NCBI GenBank assembly: GCA_902496005.1
Contig: CABUZI010000001.1
Location: forward strand, 1 to 56,855
DNA length: 56,855 nt
Reading direction: 5' to 3'
Source: an uncultured Collinsella sp.
Lineage (GTDB): Bacteria > Actinomycetota > Coriobacteriia > Coriobacteriales > Coriobacteriaceae
Under the pieces are notes generated by a model. The model did not search any database, was not told where the DNA came from, and saw only the letters and a list, made by a program, of their open reading frames with translations. The position numbers were made by a program, and so were the translations under genes. Positions 46,284-56,807 of this stretch are shown one piece after another (positions within the stretch are counted from its first letter, which is position 1; each line of letters begins with the position of its first letter).

Positions 46284-47336
46284 CTATGCGTTCTTCTGAA
46301 CTTTGAAGCGCTGCTTCAGCTGTCCGCAAGCGGCGTCAATATCGTTACCACGGGAGTTACGAATCGTGGTCTCGATGCCACGGGACTCAAGACGACGCTG
46401 AAGATCCTCAACCTTATGAATCGGCGACGGCTTGAGCGGGCTGCCCTCGATGTCGTTAAGCTGAATCAGGTTAACGTGGCACAACGTTCCCTCGCAGAAG
46501 TCGCAGAGCGCCTGCATCTCGGGATTCGTATCGTTGACGCCTTCGATCATGGCATACTCATAGGTCGGGCGGCGGCCAGTCTTCTCGGTGTAGAGTTGAA
46601 GCGCCTCGTGAAGGCGAAGCAGCGTGTACTTCTTAATACCGGGCATGAGCTTATTGCGCGTCGACTGGATGGCGGAATGCAAGGAAACGGCAAGCGTGAA
46701 CTGCTCAGGGATGTCGGCAAATTTGCGAATACCGGGAATAACGCCACTGGTAGAGACAGTGAGGTGACGAGCGCCGATACCGATGCCATCGGGGTCGTTG
46801 AGGATTCGCAGCGCCTTGAGAACCTCGTCGTAGTTGGCAAACGGCTCGCCCTGGCCCATGAAGACAACGCTCGTGGCGCGCTCGCCAAAGTCGTTGGATA
46901 CATGAAGTACCTGGTCGACGATCTCTTGAGCGGTCAGAGAGCGCTTGAGGCCGTTGAGACCGGTGGCGCAAAAGGCACAGCCCATGCCGCAGCCTGCCTG
47001 GGTGGAAACGCAGACGGAAAGCTTGTTACGACGGGGCATGCCGACGGTTTCGACGGAAACGCCGTCGTGGTACTCGAGCAGATACTTGCGTGAGCCATCT
47101 TTGGAAACTTGCTTGGTTAGTTCAGTCGGCGTGTCGAAGGCAAAAGCCTCTTTAAGCTGCTCGCGGAAAGCCTTGGGAAGGTTGGTCATATCGTCAAACG
47201 AACAAACGTTCTTCTCAAAGACCCATTCGATGAGCTGCTTCGCGCGGAACGCGGGCTGGCCAAGTTCGGCCACGAGCTCGCGAATATCGTTTTGGCTCAA
47301 GTCGCGAATGTCCTGAGATTTAGTCCTGGGATTCAT
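46284..47336 (-). CDS. rlmN: 23S rRNA/tRNA m2A methyltransferase (radical SAM)
   Basis: CVSTQAGCGMGCAFC, FMGQGEP, SLH, DIDAACGQL. Confidence 0.95.
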   Translation of the reverse strand: MNPRTKSQDIRDLSQNDIRELVAELGQPAFRAKQLIEWVFEKNVCSFDDMTNLPKAFREQLKEAFAFDTPTELTKQVSKDGSRKYLLEYHDGVSVETVGMPRRNKLSVCVSTQAGCGMGCAFCATGLNGLKRSLTAQEIVDQVLHVSNDFGERATSVVFMGQGEPFANYDEVLKALRILNDPDGIGIGARHLTVSTSGVIPGIRKFADIPEQFTLAVSLHSAIQSTRNKLMPGIKKYTLLRLHEALQLYTEKTGRRPTYEYAMIEGVNDTNPEMQALCDFCEGTLCHVNLIQLNDIEGSPLKPSPIHKVEDLQRRLESRGIETTIRNSRGNDIDAACGQLKQRFKVQKNA

Positions 47337-47421
47337 GGAAGCCTTTCGATTTTGGGGAAACGTAGAGGGTATCGCTACAATATGGTATCAGCTGCAGAAA
47401 TTATAGAGGAGGAGTCTGCCC

Positions 47422-48387
47422 ATGCCGGGTAAAAGCCTAGAGAACATGCACGTAGCGGTCTTGGCGGGTGGTCATTCCGCTGAGCGCGAGATCTCGCTCA
47501 ATTCGGGAAAGAACGTTGTGACGGCACTGAAGGAGGCCGGCTACACCTCGGTGGAGCTGCTCGACACGGCCGCTGATGACTTTATGGTAACCATGGCGAC
47601 TGGCGGTTTCGATGTGGCGTTTATCGCCATGCACGGCGCCGGCGGTGAGGATGGCGCCATGCAGGGTGCCATGGAGACCCTTGGTATCCCCTACACGGCC
47701 TCGGGCGTGCTTGCCAGCGCCTGCGGTGCCGACAAAGAGGTCTCTAAGCTCCTGTACGCCAAGGCGGGCATTCCCATTGCCCCCGGCCTCGCGCTCGAGG
47801 TGGGCGATGAAGTCGATATCGATCATATCGTCGAGGTTTGTGGCGAGCGCTGCTTTGTGAAGCCGGCCGTCAACGGTTCCAGCTATGGCATTTCCCTGGT
47901 CCATGAGCCCTCCGAGCTGCCCGCGGCAATCGCCAAGGCGTTTGAGTACGGCGACAAAGTGCTGGTCGAGAAGTGCATCGAGGGTACCGAGATCACCGTC
48001 GGCGTGTACGGCGAGGACGACGTGCGCGCTCTGCCGATTGTCGAGATTCGTAAGCCCAAGGACTGCGAGTTCTACGATCTGGACGTGAAGTATGTCGACC
48101 CTACGGACATCCATCGCATTCCGGCGCAGATTTCACCCGAGAATTACACTCGCGCTCAGGAGCTTGCCTGCGCTGCTCACAAGGCCCTCGGTTGCCTGGG
48201 TATCTCACGCAGCGACTTTATTGTGAGTGAGGACGGCCCCGTCATCCTCGAGACCAATACCATTCCCGGCATGACCGATACGTCGCTGTATCCGGATGAG
48301 ATCCGCCACACCGACGACATGACGTTCCCGCAGGTCTGTGACAGCCTGATCCGTATGGGCCTTCGTCGAGCGGGCATTGCATGCTAA
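47422..48387 (+). CDS. ddl: D-alanine--D-alanine ligase
   Basis: GGHSAEREIS, HG..GEDG, GSSYG, omega-loop KY, LETNTIPGMT. Confidence 0.93.
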   Translation: MPGKSLENMHVAVLAGGHSAEREISLNSGKNVVTALKEAGYTSVELLDTAADDFMVTMATGGFDVAFIAMHGAGGEDGAMQGAMETLGIPYTASGVLASACGADKEVSKLLYAKAGIPIAPGLALEVGDEVDIDHIVEVCGERCFVKPAVNGSSYGISLVHEPSELPAAIAKAFEYGDKVLVEKCIEGTEITVGVYGEDDVRALPIVEIRKPKDCEFYDLDVKYVDPTDIHRIPAQISPENYTRAQELACAAHKALGCLGISRSDFIVSEDGPVILETNTIPGMTDTSLYPDEIRHTDDMTFPQVCDSLIRMGLRRAGIAC

Positions 48388-51275
48388 TCGAGGACGCGGT
48401 TTCGTCAGGAACGCCGCAGTTTGTCATCGACTCCTATGCCACGCTTGCCGAGCGCGCCAAAACACAGTCCTTCGGCCTTATCGAGGAAGATGTGATCGTC
48501 CTCGATACCGAGACCACGGGTCTTTCGGTGCAGGACAATGAGCTGATCGAGATCTCGGCGGCCCGCCTTTCGGGCCGCGAGGTCGTCGACCGCTTCGATA
48601 CCTTCGTGCATCCCAAACAGCTGATTCCCGCTGAGATTACCGAGCTCACGAGCATTACAAATGCCGATGTGGCAGATGCCCCGTCGGCCGTTGAGGCCGT
48701 GGCCGCTCTCGCCGATTTTGTCGGTGGTTGCCCGGTGATCGCACATAACGCCACGTTCGATCGCTCATTTATCGAGTCGGTCAAAGGCGGCGTCAACGTG
48801 AGCGATATTTGGATCGATTCGCTGGCGCTGTCGCGCATCGCGCTTCCGCGCCTGGCCTCGCACAAGCTGTCTTTTATGGCCGATCTGTTTGGCTGTGACT
48901 CGGTATCACACCGTGCCAATGCCGACGTCGACGCCCTGTGTGGTGTATGGCGCGTGTTGCTCGTGGCGCTCACCGACTTGCCCCAGGGCCTCATGGCGCG
49001 CCTAGCCGACATGCATCTGGATGTGCCTTGGTCCTATCGTCCTATCTTCTCATTCTTGGCAGGGCAGAACCCTGGTTCTATCTTCTCTCTCAGCGCCGCT
49101 CGTACTGACGTTCTCAAGGCCGATCGCGCCGACGATCGGGTGGACGCCGACGAACTGCCGGTCCTCAAGATGCCGAGTCGTGAGGAGATTGAGGCAGACT
49201 ATGCGCCAGGTGGCCTGGTCAATCGCATGTATCCCACTTACGAGCCGCGTGATGAGCAGATCGCGATGGCGCTCGAGGTCCGCGATGCGCTGGTCACGGG
49301 CACTCATCGTGTAATTGAGGCGGGCACAGGCGTCGGCAAATCGATGGCCTATCTGGTGCCTTTTGCCGAGGCGGCACGCCGTAACAACATCACGGTTGGT
49401 ATTGCGACCAAATCGAACAATCTTGCAGACCAGCTCATGTACCATGAGCTGCCAAAACTTGCCGAGCAACTGGACGGTGGTCTGTCATTTTGCGCTCTCA
49501 AGGGGTATGACCACTATCCGTGCCTGCGCAAGCTTGAGCGCATGAGCCGAGGCCAGGTCGAGATTACCACCAAGCGCGATCCGGCGGACACGCTCACGGC
49601 GGTCGCGGTCATTATGGCGTACGTCTGCCAATCAGCCGATGGCGACCTCGACTCGCTTGGCATTCGGTGGCGCAGCGTCAACCGCCCCGACTTTACGACG
49701 GCCTCGCGCGAGTGTGCTCGCCGCCTCTGCCCGTTTTTCCCTGATAAATGTTTGGTCCACGGCGCTCGCCGTCGTGCGGCGCATGCCGATGTGGTGGTCA
49801 CCAACCATTCCCTGCTGTTCCGCAATGTTGCGGCCGAGGGCAGGATTTTGCCTCCGATTCGTCATTGGGTAATCGACGAGGCTCATTCTATCGAGCGCGA
49901 GGCGCGCCGTCAGTGGGCGCGCGTGGTGTCGGCGGACGAATCACGCGTTCTGTTTGAGCGCCTGGGTGGCTCGAGCACCGGTGCGCTAAGCCAGGTCTCC
50001 CGTGATTTGGCAACCTCCGAGGGCTCTACGCTCTATTTGGGCCTTACTGCCAAGGCGACGTCGACGGTTGCGCGCGCGAGCATGGCAATCGCCGACGTGT
50101 TCGATGGCGTTCGCGAGCTCGGCAGCCGTGCCCGTGGGGGTTATGACAATGCCAATCTATGGATTGGCCCCGAGCTGCGCGAATCTGACGACTGGCATGA
50201 TTTCTTACAGTCGGCCTACACTGCCATCGACGCATTGGAACAAGCTGACAAGAGCGTCGACGCGCTGGTGCAAGCCGTCGCCGCCGACAAGCCCGAGGTT
50301 GTTGTCGACCTGGGCGATATTTCGCGCCGCCTGCACGAGCTGGCCGAGAACCTCAAGCTCATCATTGATGGCACCGATGAACACTACGTGTATTCGCTGC
50401 AAGTCAATCGCAGGCTGCGTGCCGGCGGAGAGTCAATGACCGCAGAGCGCATCGACATTGGCGAGGCCTTGGCAACCGAGTGGCTGCCCGAGGTTCACAC
50501 GGCTATCTTTGCCTCGGCGACCATGACGGTGTCCAAAAGCTTTGAACACTTTAACCACGCGGTCGGTCTCGATCGCATCGGTGCTTCAACATCCTCATCG
50601 TTGCACTTGGACTCGAGCTACGACTTCGATTCGAACATGGCTGTAGTCGTTGCGGGCGATATCCCCGATCCGCGCGATCGCGAGAGCTATCTTACGGCGC
50701 TCGAGCGCGTGCTGGTCGACGCCCATCTTGCCATGGGCGGATCGGTGCTCACACTGTTCACCAATCGGCGCGACATGGAAGACCTGTACGCCCGCGTTGA
50801 GCCCAAGATGGCCCGTGCGGGTCTGGAGCTCAACTGCCAGCAGCGCAACTCATCTCCTCGTCGCCTGCGCGACCGGTTTATCAACGAGCCGACCTCGTCG
50901 CTTTTTGCGCTTAAGGCCTTCTGGGAGGGGTTTGACGCCAGCGGCGAGACGCTGCGTTGCGTCATCATTCCCAAGCTGCCGTTCTCGAGCCCCACGGACC
51001 CGCTCTCGTGCGAGCGCAACCTGCGCGAAGACCGCGCTTGGGCGCGCTATTCGCTGCCCGAGGCGGTGCTCGAGGTTAAGCAGGCGGCCGGCCGCCTTAT
51101 CCGCTCGTCGACCGATTGCGGCGTGCTGATTCTGGCCGACCCGCGCCTGGTGACGAAGGGCTACGGAAAGAAGTTCTTAACGTCGCTGCCCACGAGCTCC
51201 TACCAGCGCATCGAATCGGCGCAGATCGGTCACTATCTGCAACTGTGGCGCGCACGTCACGAGCGGCGGCGCTAA
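48381..51275 (+). CDS. DEDDh 3'-5' exonuclease fused to DinG-family helicase
   Basis: VLDTETTG, AHNATFD, HRANAD; EAGTGVGKS, Fe-S Cys cluster, DEAH, QAAGRLIR. Confidence 0.92.
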   Translation: MLIEDAVSSGTPQFVIDSYATLAERAKTQSFGLIEEDVIVLDTETTGLSVQDNELIEISAARLSGREVVDRFDTFVHPKQLIPAEITELTSITNADVADAPSAVEAVAALADFVGGCPVIAHNATFDRSFIESVKGGVNVSDIWIDSLALSRIALPRLASHKLSFMADLFGCDSVSHRANADVDALCGVWRVLLVALTDLPQGLMARLADMHLDVPWSYRPIFSFLAGQNPGSIFSLSAARTDVLKADRADDRVDADELPVLKMPSREEIEADYAPGGLVNRMYPTYEPRDEQIAMALEVRDALVTGTHRVIEAGTGVGKSMAYLVPFAEAARRNNITVGIATKSNNLADQLMYHELPKLAEQLDGGLSFCALKGYDHYPCLRKLERMSRGQVEITTKRDPADTLTAVAVIMAYVCQSADGDLDSLGIRWRSVNRPDFTTASRECARRLCPFFPDKCLVHGARRRAAHADVVVTNHSLLFRNVAAEGRILPPIRHWVIDEAHSIEREARRQWARVVSADESRVLFERLGGSSTGALSQVSRDLATSEGSTLYLGLTAKATSTVARASMAIADVFDGVRELGSRARGGYDNANLWIGPELRESDDWHDFLQSAYTAIDALEQADKSVDALVQAVAADKPEVVVDLGDISRRLHELAENLKLIIDGTDEHYVYSLQVNRRLRAGGESMTAERIDIGEALATEWLPEVHTAIFASATMTVSKSFEHFNHAVGLDRIGASTSSSLHLDSSYDFDSNMAVVVAGDIPDPRDRESYLTALERVLVDAHLAMGGSVLTLFTNRRDMEDLYARVEPKMARAGLELNCQQRNSSPRRLRDRFINEPTSSLFALKAFWEGFDASGETLRCVIIPKLPFSSPTDPLSCERNLREDRAWARYSLPEAVLEVKQAAGRLIRSSTDCGVLILADPRLVTKGYGKKFLTSLPTSSYQRIESAQIGHYLQLWRARHERRR

Positions 51276-52189
51276 AGCGGACAGACGAGGGTTTTTGCCA
51301 TATCGCACAGACGCTTTGACAGGGCGGGGTCATCCAAGATGCGGATGGCTCCGCCCGCTGCGATTACCTGGCTCAGTAGCCAACGCTCGGAGCCGTAATG
51401 CACGGTTACCGTTGCCATGTCTGCCCCGCTGCGCTCGATTAGGGTGATGCCGGCCCAGTCCAGATGCTCCGCCATATCGAATGGCATCAAGAGCTTTGCG
51501 CTACGCTGCGTCCGGGCAAGGGAATCGTGGAGGGATGCGACGCCCGGTGTGTGAGGCACGACGGAGTCTTCCGTCAAGGTGAGTCCCTCGATTTTATCCA
51601 TGCGATAGGTGCGCTGCTCATCGACCGCGATGTCCCAGGCAATCAGGTATGTTTGGTCGCCGTTTGCCGTAATGCGCAAGGGGTCGACCAGACGCTCGCG
51701 TGGCCGCGCATCGTCCATCGAGCGATACGAGATGCGGCAACGAACACCGTCCTGAATGGCGCAGCTCAGCTGCTGCCAGTGCGACCCGTGGTTGACGGTG
51801 TCAAAGACGCGCTGGTTATAGCCGAGCTCTTCGGGCAGAAGGGCATGTCGAATCCGAGCTGCCGTCTGCGGCTCGATCCCCAACGATTCAAGTTCATGGT
51901 TGAGCACGGCGCCCTCGGCGGCACTCAGGCGCAACGGTAGCACGCGCCCGGCGTCACCAGTGAGGGCCACGCGCTCGCCGCGGCATTCGCAGATGATGCG
52001 CGCGCCCGATTCTCGGTCCGCGAGCGTCGAGACGATCTCGAGAATCTCGTCGAGCGATGCTCCCGTGATGTCAAAGCGGCCGCAAATTTCGGTTCGTGTC
52101 ATGCCGCTCTCGCCGGCGGCGTAGAGGGCCTCCATGATGTCGATGGCGCGCGAGAGTCTCTGCTCGCTGGTGAGTTTACGCACGGGCAT
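51272..52189 (-). CDS. WYL-domain transcriptional regulator (PafC-like)
   Basis: N-terminal wHTH; ISYRS...ERLVDPL...TYLIAWD...RTYRMDKI; WCX-like C terminus. Confidence 0.85.
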   Translation of the reverse strand: MPVRKLTSEQRLSRAIDIMEALYAAGESGMTRTEICGRFDITGASLDEILEIVSTLADRESGARIICECRGERVALTGDAGRVLPLRLSAAEGAVLNHELESLGIEPQTAARIRHALLPEELGYNQRVFDTVNHGSHWQQLSCAIQDGVRCRISYRSMDDARPRERLVDPLRITANGDQTYLIAWDIAVDEQRTYRMDKIEGLTLTEDSVVPHTPGVASLHDSLARTQRSAKLLMPFDMAEHLDWAGITLIERSGADMATVTVHYGSERWLLSQVIAAGGAIRILDDPALSKRLCDMAKTLVCPL

Positions 52190-53198
52190 GCTCGTGCACC
52201 GTCCTTTCAATGAGGTGGTTCCACGCCTGCTTGAGCGATTTGGGGGCCATGGGCCTCATGCCGTCCATGGCGTGGGCCATGCAAAATGAGGCGGCGGCTT
52301 CAAGGTCGCGCACGTCAACGGTCCAGATCCATCCCGCATCGGTGTGTGCGAGCTCACCTCGCCCGCGCGTGAGGCCGTTGATCATATCGATCTGCGTCTG
52401 AGGGGCGAACGAGAACGTGGCTGCAACGGGCGGTCGGTCGGCGAAATCGAATTCAAAGAACAGATAGTCGTTGAGATTGAAGTCCGCAGGGATGGCGTAG
52501 GCCTTCGAAGGACGCCAAGCGCGAACGATACGGTCGCAGCGGAATGTCCTGATGTCGTCGGTGACATTGTCGAGGCCGCAGAAGTACGCCACGCCCTCGC
52601 GTTCGAACATGCCGTAGACACAGACGGTACGTTCTTTCTGCTCGCCGCGTCCGTTCTGATATAAAAATCGCAGCGCGCATCGCTCGGCAAAGGCGCTCCA
52701 TACCGCATCGACGGTGGGAGAGCGGCGGATCGGTACTTCGTCCACCGCCGACATGCCGGTGAGGTAGGCAATTTTGGAGCGAATATCGGCAAGCGGCGCG
52801 GCAAAGGTGGAAGAGCCGGCCGCTAGCGTCTGGTCGATGGCGTTGAGTAGGATGTCGGCGTCGTCTGCGGTGATGAGGCCGCCTGCAGCAAACGTGTGCT
52901 CGCGGTCGATTGTCCACGAGCTTTCCTTGGTCTCCTGCGCACCGGCGGGGCGAACCTCCTTGATTAAGATGCCACGCTCGAGCAGTTTGTCACGATCGCG
53001 CCGAAACTTGCGCTTATCCGAGTCGATGTTGTCCGAGCCATATCCTAGGTCAGAATCCAAGACAATCTGCTCGGTCGTCAGCGGTTCGGGGGAGCTGTTG
53101 AGCACAAAGAAAAGGTTGAGGATGCGCTGAGCCGTTTTATCGAAACTGGGCTCCGAACTTCCCTTTTTAATTGTCGCGGTCGCGTCGCTTGCCGTCAT
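52176..53198 (-). CDS. WYL-domain transcriptional regulator (PafB-like)
   Basis: RILNL...RKFRRDRDKL..RGI (PafB N-terminal pattern); YFCGLD...IRTFRCDRI. Confidence 0.85.
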   Translation of the reverse strand: MTASDATATIKKGSSEPSFDKTAQRILNLFFVLNSSPEPLTTEQIVLDSDLGYGSDNIDSDKRKFRRDRDKLLERGILIKEVRPAGAQETKESSWTIDREHTFAAGGLITADDADILLNAIDQTLAAGSSTFAAPLADIRSKIAYLTGMSAVDEVPIRRSPTVDAVWSAFAERCALRFLYQNGRGEQKERTVCVYGMFEREGVAYFCGLDNVTDDIRTFRCDRIVRAWRPSKAYAIPADFNLNDYLFFEFDFADRPPVAATFSFAPQTQIDMINGLTRGRGELAHTDAGWIWTVDVRDLEAAASFCMAHAMDGMRPMAPKSLKQAWNHLIERTVHEHARA

Positions 53199-53396
53199 AG
53201 AGTCCTCGCATAAGAAGGTAGTTTGCTGCCATGATTTTAGTCCGATATGGAGATTAGGCTATATCCTTGTCCGCTCGGGGCGTTAAGATGGCCCGAATTC
53301 GGTCGTTTGCGCTCGCTCGGGGTATACTTTCGACTATATACGGTTCTAATGTGCATGCATTGGGCCTATTTGTCGGATTATGGATGTGGAGCGCAC

Positions 53397-56300
53397 ATGG
53401 CGAACACCCAGAACTATATTAACCACCTGCTGCAGAACACCGGCATTACGCCGGCATGCAGCGAAGAAGAGCGCTTGGCTGCCGAGGATATCGCTCAGAT
53501 CTTCCGCAACCACGGCTTTGATCCCGAGGTTCAGGAGTTCAATGCCCCGGCGCCCAGTAGGTTGGCATTTGCCGTTACCGGTATTCTTGCGTTTGCCGGC
53601 GCCCTGTTGATGGGCATCGGCGGTGGTATCGGTTTGGTCGGCACCTTGCTGGCAATCGTCGGCGCCGTTCTTTACGTGCTCGAGCGCACGGGCCACCCCG
53701 TGGTTTCGCGCCTGGGCAAGACGGGCGTGAGCCAAAATGTCATCGCCTACCACAAGGCCTCGGGCCCGCTCGCGTCTCCGCGCAACCGCCCGGTGGTCGT
53801 TGTCGCACACTACGACTCTCCCCGTGCTGAGCTGCTCGCCCGCGAGCCCTATGCTTCGTATCGTGCGCTCATCGCCAAGCTGTTGCCCGTTGCCACGGTT
53901 GCCCCTGCTACCGTTGCCATCCTGCGTATCCTGCCGCTCCCCGGCGCGCTCAAGGTTCTGCTGTGGATTGTCGCGATCCTCGCTTCCCTCGTTGCACTTG
54001 CCAACGCGGCAAACATCATCTCTAACCGCCACATTCTTCCCTATACGTCCGGCGCGGTGTGCAACAAGTCTTCTGTCGCCGCTATGCTCGGCGTTATGGA
54101 CAACGTTGCTCCCTTCCAGGGCGAGAACGAGTTTCCCGACGATGTTCCGTTCGATACCTATTTTGGGGAGCAGAAACGTCGTGCCGAGGAAATGGCGCGC
54201 GCGGCGGCGGAGTATGCCGCGGCCCAGCAGCAAAACGACTACGGCAACACCATCGAGTACGAAGAGCCTACCTACGCCGAGGACGAGTTCGGTCAGCCGA
54301 TTGCTCCCGACGCTCAAACCGAGCCCGAACAGGGCGAGGCTTTTGACGAGCAGATCGAGGGCTTTGAGGGTGCGTCTGCCGACGAGACGCTGATTGGCGC
54401 CATCGTGCCCGAGGATCAGAATCAGGCTGTCCAGGCCGAAGAGTTCAATGACGAGGTTCCCGCTGCTGAGCCGGCGGAGGAGCCTGCCGCGGCCGAGCCC
54501 GAGCCCAAGCTCTATCGCAACGCCGCCGGCAACATCCGCTTTGGTTCGGATGCCATCCGTGCGCTCGGAATGCTTCCCGAGTCCTGCACGCTCGATTACG
54601 AGGAGGGCGAGGAGCCGACGTTTGAGCCCGAGCCTGCGCCCGTTGTCACTGCGGATGATGAGTCTGCCGCGGTTACCGTTGCCGAGCCCGAGGCGGTGTC
54701 TGCGATCGATCCCGCGGCAGGACTGGACATTTTGGCTCCCGCCGCGCCGGCGCAAGACGTTGCGGACGAGTCTGACGACGATTACGTTGAACAGCCGGGG
54801 CGCGTGTCTTACGAGAGCGATACTGATTTCTCGGCCGAGATTCCCGCGGCAACGCCCCATGCCGATATTGCATCCGCGTTCTCTTCGATTGGCGCCAGCG
54901 CTTCCAGCTTCTTTAAGGGTGCGCTTGCAAAGGGCAGGAAATTTGTCGACGATTTCGAGGAGAAGCGCGCTGCCGCACGCGAGGCTGCCGAGCAGGAGGC
55001 TATCGCTCAGCAGCAGGCAGCCGAGGCGGCACGTGAGCGCGCGGCGCAAGAGTTCGAGCAGAACGAGGCTATGCAGTCCGGGCCCGTCGACGCTGCCGAA
55101 GCTACGACGTCCTTTGAGTCCCAGCAACCGACGTCAGCGGATGTTGTTGAGGCAACAACGTCTTTCGAGGCTCAGCAGCACGTCGATAGCACCATGTCGT
55201 TTGATGCCGCGCAGTTCGATTCCACGATAACGTTTGAAAAGCAAGGCACCGCAATTGCCGAGCCCCTTCCTGTTTCCGATGAGCAGGGCGACGCGGCAGA
55301 CGATGACGAGCCCATTGATGCTGCCGAAATCCAAGATGCCGCCGAGGACGAGTCCGTCGAGGCCAACTCTGACGAAGAGCAATACGCGGCAGCCGATCAA
55401 GGTGATTCGACCGAGGTCGAGCAGGAGGAAGTGCCTGCGGTTTCCGAGACTCCCGAGACGGATGAGTCGAGGCCTTACTCCACGCAGATTTTCACCATGC
55501 CGACCCCGAGTGGTTCCGGTGCCACGGTTGCCAATGTCGCTCCCACCCAGGACGAAACGGTCGATTCCCTTATGGCCCAGATTTCCTCCCAGGCATCGCC
55601 GCGTCCGCAGATGAATGTTCCCGATCCGGCGTCGGCACCGTCGCCTGCACCTTCCTCGTCTCCGCTGGCTTCGGTCCCCGATCCGTCGCTGCCGTCTATG
55701 AAGCAGGCAAACTTTGCGTCTCGCACGTCGCTGTTCGACCTTCCCGATCCCTCTGCCCAGGTCAACGACCCCTTTGCTACTGCCCAGGGTCCCGAACCCA
55801 CATCGGCACCCGTTGCGCCTTCTATGCCCGTTGCGTCGGGCGCGCAGCCGATCGAGACCATTTCGGCTCCCGCCCCGGCGGCACCCAAGTCTCGCAAACG
55901 CGGCCTGGGTGGCCTGTTCGGTCGTAAAAGGAAAAACGAGCAGGACAGCATGAGTGATTGGCTGGGCGTCGAAGACGATTACGATGCCAAGAAGTCCGGT
56001 CGCGGTATCGGTTCGTGGGATAACTTCGAGGACGATAACGATGGCTGGAAGGGCGGCGCTACGTCTTCCGATGGCGCTTCTTCCGAAGATATGCTCTCGG
56101 CTGTCGCCTCTATGGGCGATGATGAGCTGCTCGGTCACGATATCTGGTTTGTGGCAACGGGCGCCTCGGATTGTGATGGCGCCGGCATGAAGGCCTTCTT
56201 GGCTTCGCATCGCGATAAGCTCCGCGGCGTATTCTTCATCAATCTTGAATCCGTCGGCGCCGGTAGGCTTTCGGTGGTGACGGTCGAGGGCGAACAGCAG

Positions 56301-56567
56301 CTGCTCAAGGGCGATCGCCGCATCATGAACCTGGTCAGCAAGGTGTGCAAGTCGTTCCATGTCGATTGTGGCGCGCTCGAGATGCCCTATGCCAAGACCG
56401 ATGCCTATGCCGCGCTCGAGGCGAGCCGCCGAGCCCTCACCATCGCCGGCGTGGACGGCACGCGTCTGGCTTGCGCTCGTACCGAGGACGACCTGCCCCA
56501 CAATGTCAACCCGACGAACATTGCCACGGTATCCGAGGTCGTGACCGAGGTTATCCGCCGTTCGTAG
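53397..56567 (+). CDS. M28 peptidase-like membrane protein with a large acidic low-complexity insertion
   Basis: SQNVIA, VVVAHYDS, 4 TM helices, GAVCNKSSVA; after the insert DIWFVATGA, FINLESVGAG. Confidence 0.7.
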   Translation: MANTQNYINHLLQNTGITPACSEEERLAAEDIAQIFRNHGFDPEVQEFNAPAPSRLAFAVTGILAFAGALLMGIGGGIGLVGTLLAIVGAVLYVLERTGHPVVSRLGKTGVSQNVIAYHKASGPLASPRNRPVVVVAHYDSPRAELLAREPYASYRALIAKLLPVATVAPATVAILRILPLPGALKVLLWIVAILASLVALANAANIISNRHILPYTSGAVCNKSSVAAMLGVMDNVAPFQGENEFPDDVPFDTYFGEQKRRAEEMARAAAEYAAAQQQNDYGNTIEYEEPTYAEDEFGQPIAPDAQTEPEQGEAFDEQIEGFEGASADETLIGAIVPEDQNQAVQAEEFNDEVPAAEPAEEPAAAEPEPKLYRNAAGNIRFGSDAIRALGMLPESCTLDYEEGEEPTFEPEPAPVVTADDESAAVTVAEPEAVSAIDPAAGLDILAPAAPAQDVADESDDDYVEQPGRVSYESDTDFSAEIPAATPHADIASAFSSIGASASSFFKGALAKGRKFVDDFEEKRAAAREAAEQEAIAQQQAAEAARERAAQEFEQNEAMQSGPVDAAEATTSFESQQPTSADVVEATTSFEAQQHVDSTMSFDAAQFDSTITFEKQGTAIAEPLPVSDEQGDAADDDEPIDAAEIQDAAEDESVEANSDEEQYAAADQGDSTEVEQEEVPAVSETPETDESRPYSTQIFTMPTPSGSGATVANVAPTQDETVDSLMAQISSQASPRPQMNVPDPASAPSPAPSSSPLASVPDPSLPSMKQANFASRTSLFDLPDPSAQVNDPFATAQGPEPTSAPVAPSMPVASGAQPIETISAPAPAAPKSRKRGLGGLFGRKRKNEQDSMSDWLGVEDDYDAKKSGRGIGSWDNFEDDNDGWKGGATSSDGASSEDMLSAVASMGDDELLGHDIWFVATGASDCDGAGMKAFLASHRDKLRGVFFINLESVGAGRLSVVTVEGEQQLLKGDRRIMNLVSKVCKSFHVDCGALEMPYAKTDAYAALEASRRALTIAGVDGTRLACARTEDDLPHNVNPTNIATVSEVVTEVIRRS

Positions 56568-56588
56568 ACGGAGCTCTAAGGAGTCAAC

Positions 56589-56807
56589 GTGTTTTCGTAT
56601 ATTAAGCGCCATTGGCCTGTCTACGTGATTTTGACCTTGATTGCCATTGCGTTAGGATTTGGGGCTGCCTACATCGTGGGTGCAAAGGGCTCGACCCCCG
56701 CCTCCGCAATCAGCGAAGAGGTGGAGCAAGAACAGAGTACGGGTGCCGATGGGATTCCTGAGTCCGAGCAGGCAATCGTTGATGGTGGATCTTCGTCTGC
56801 AGAGTAG
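56589..56807 (+). CDS. small hypothetical single-TM protein
   Basis: AAGGAG RBS, GTG start, hydrophobic N terminus and acidic tail. Confidence 0.7.
   Translation: MFSYIKRHWPVYVILTLIAIALGFGAAYIVGAKGSTPASAISEEVEQEQSTGADGIPESEQAIVDGGSSSAE

Noticed and set aside
46284..47336. Cfr resistance methyltransferase
   Set aside because: Core chromosomal context with no mobility features; housekeeping RlmN is the simpler call.
47422..48387. Van-type D-Ala-D-Lac ligase
   Set aside because: The omega loop has KY as in D-Ala-D-Ala ligases, and there are no vanH, vanX or vanRS neighbours.
53371..53392. TGTCGG resembling the PafBC promoter motif upstream of the M28-like gene
   Set aside because: The required TA-N3-T is absent at the 10-nt spacing.
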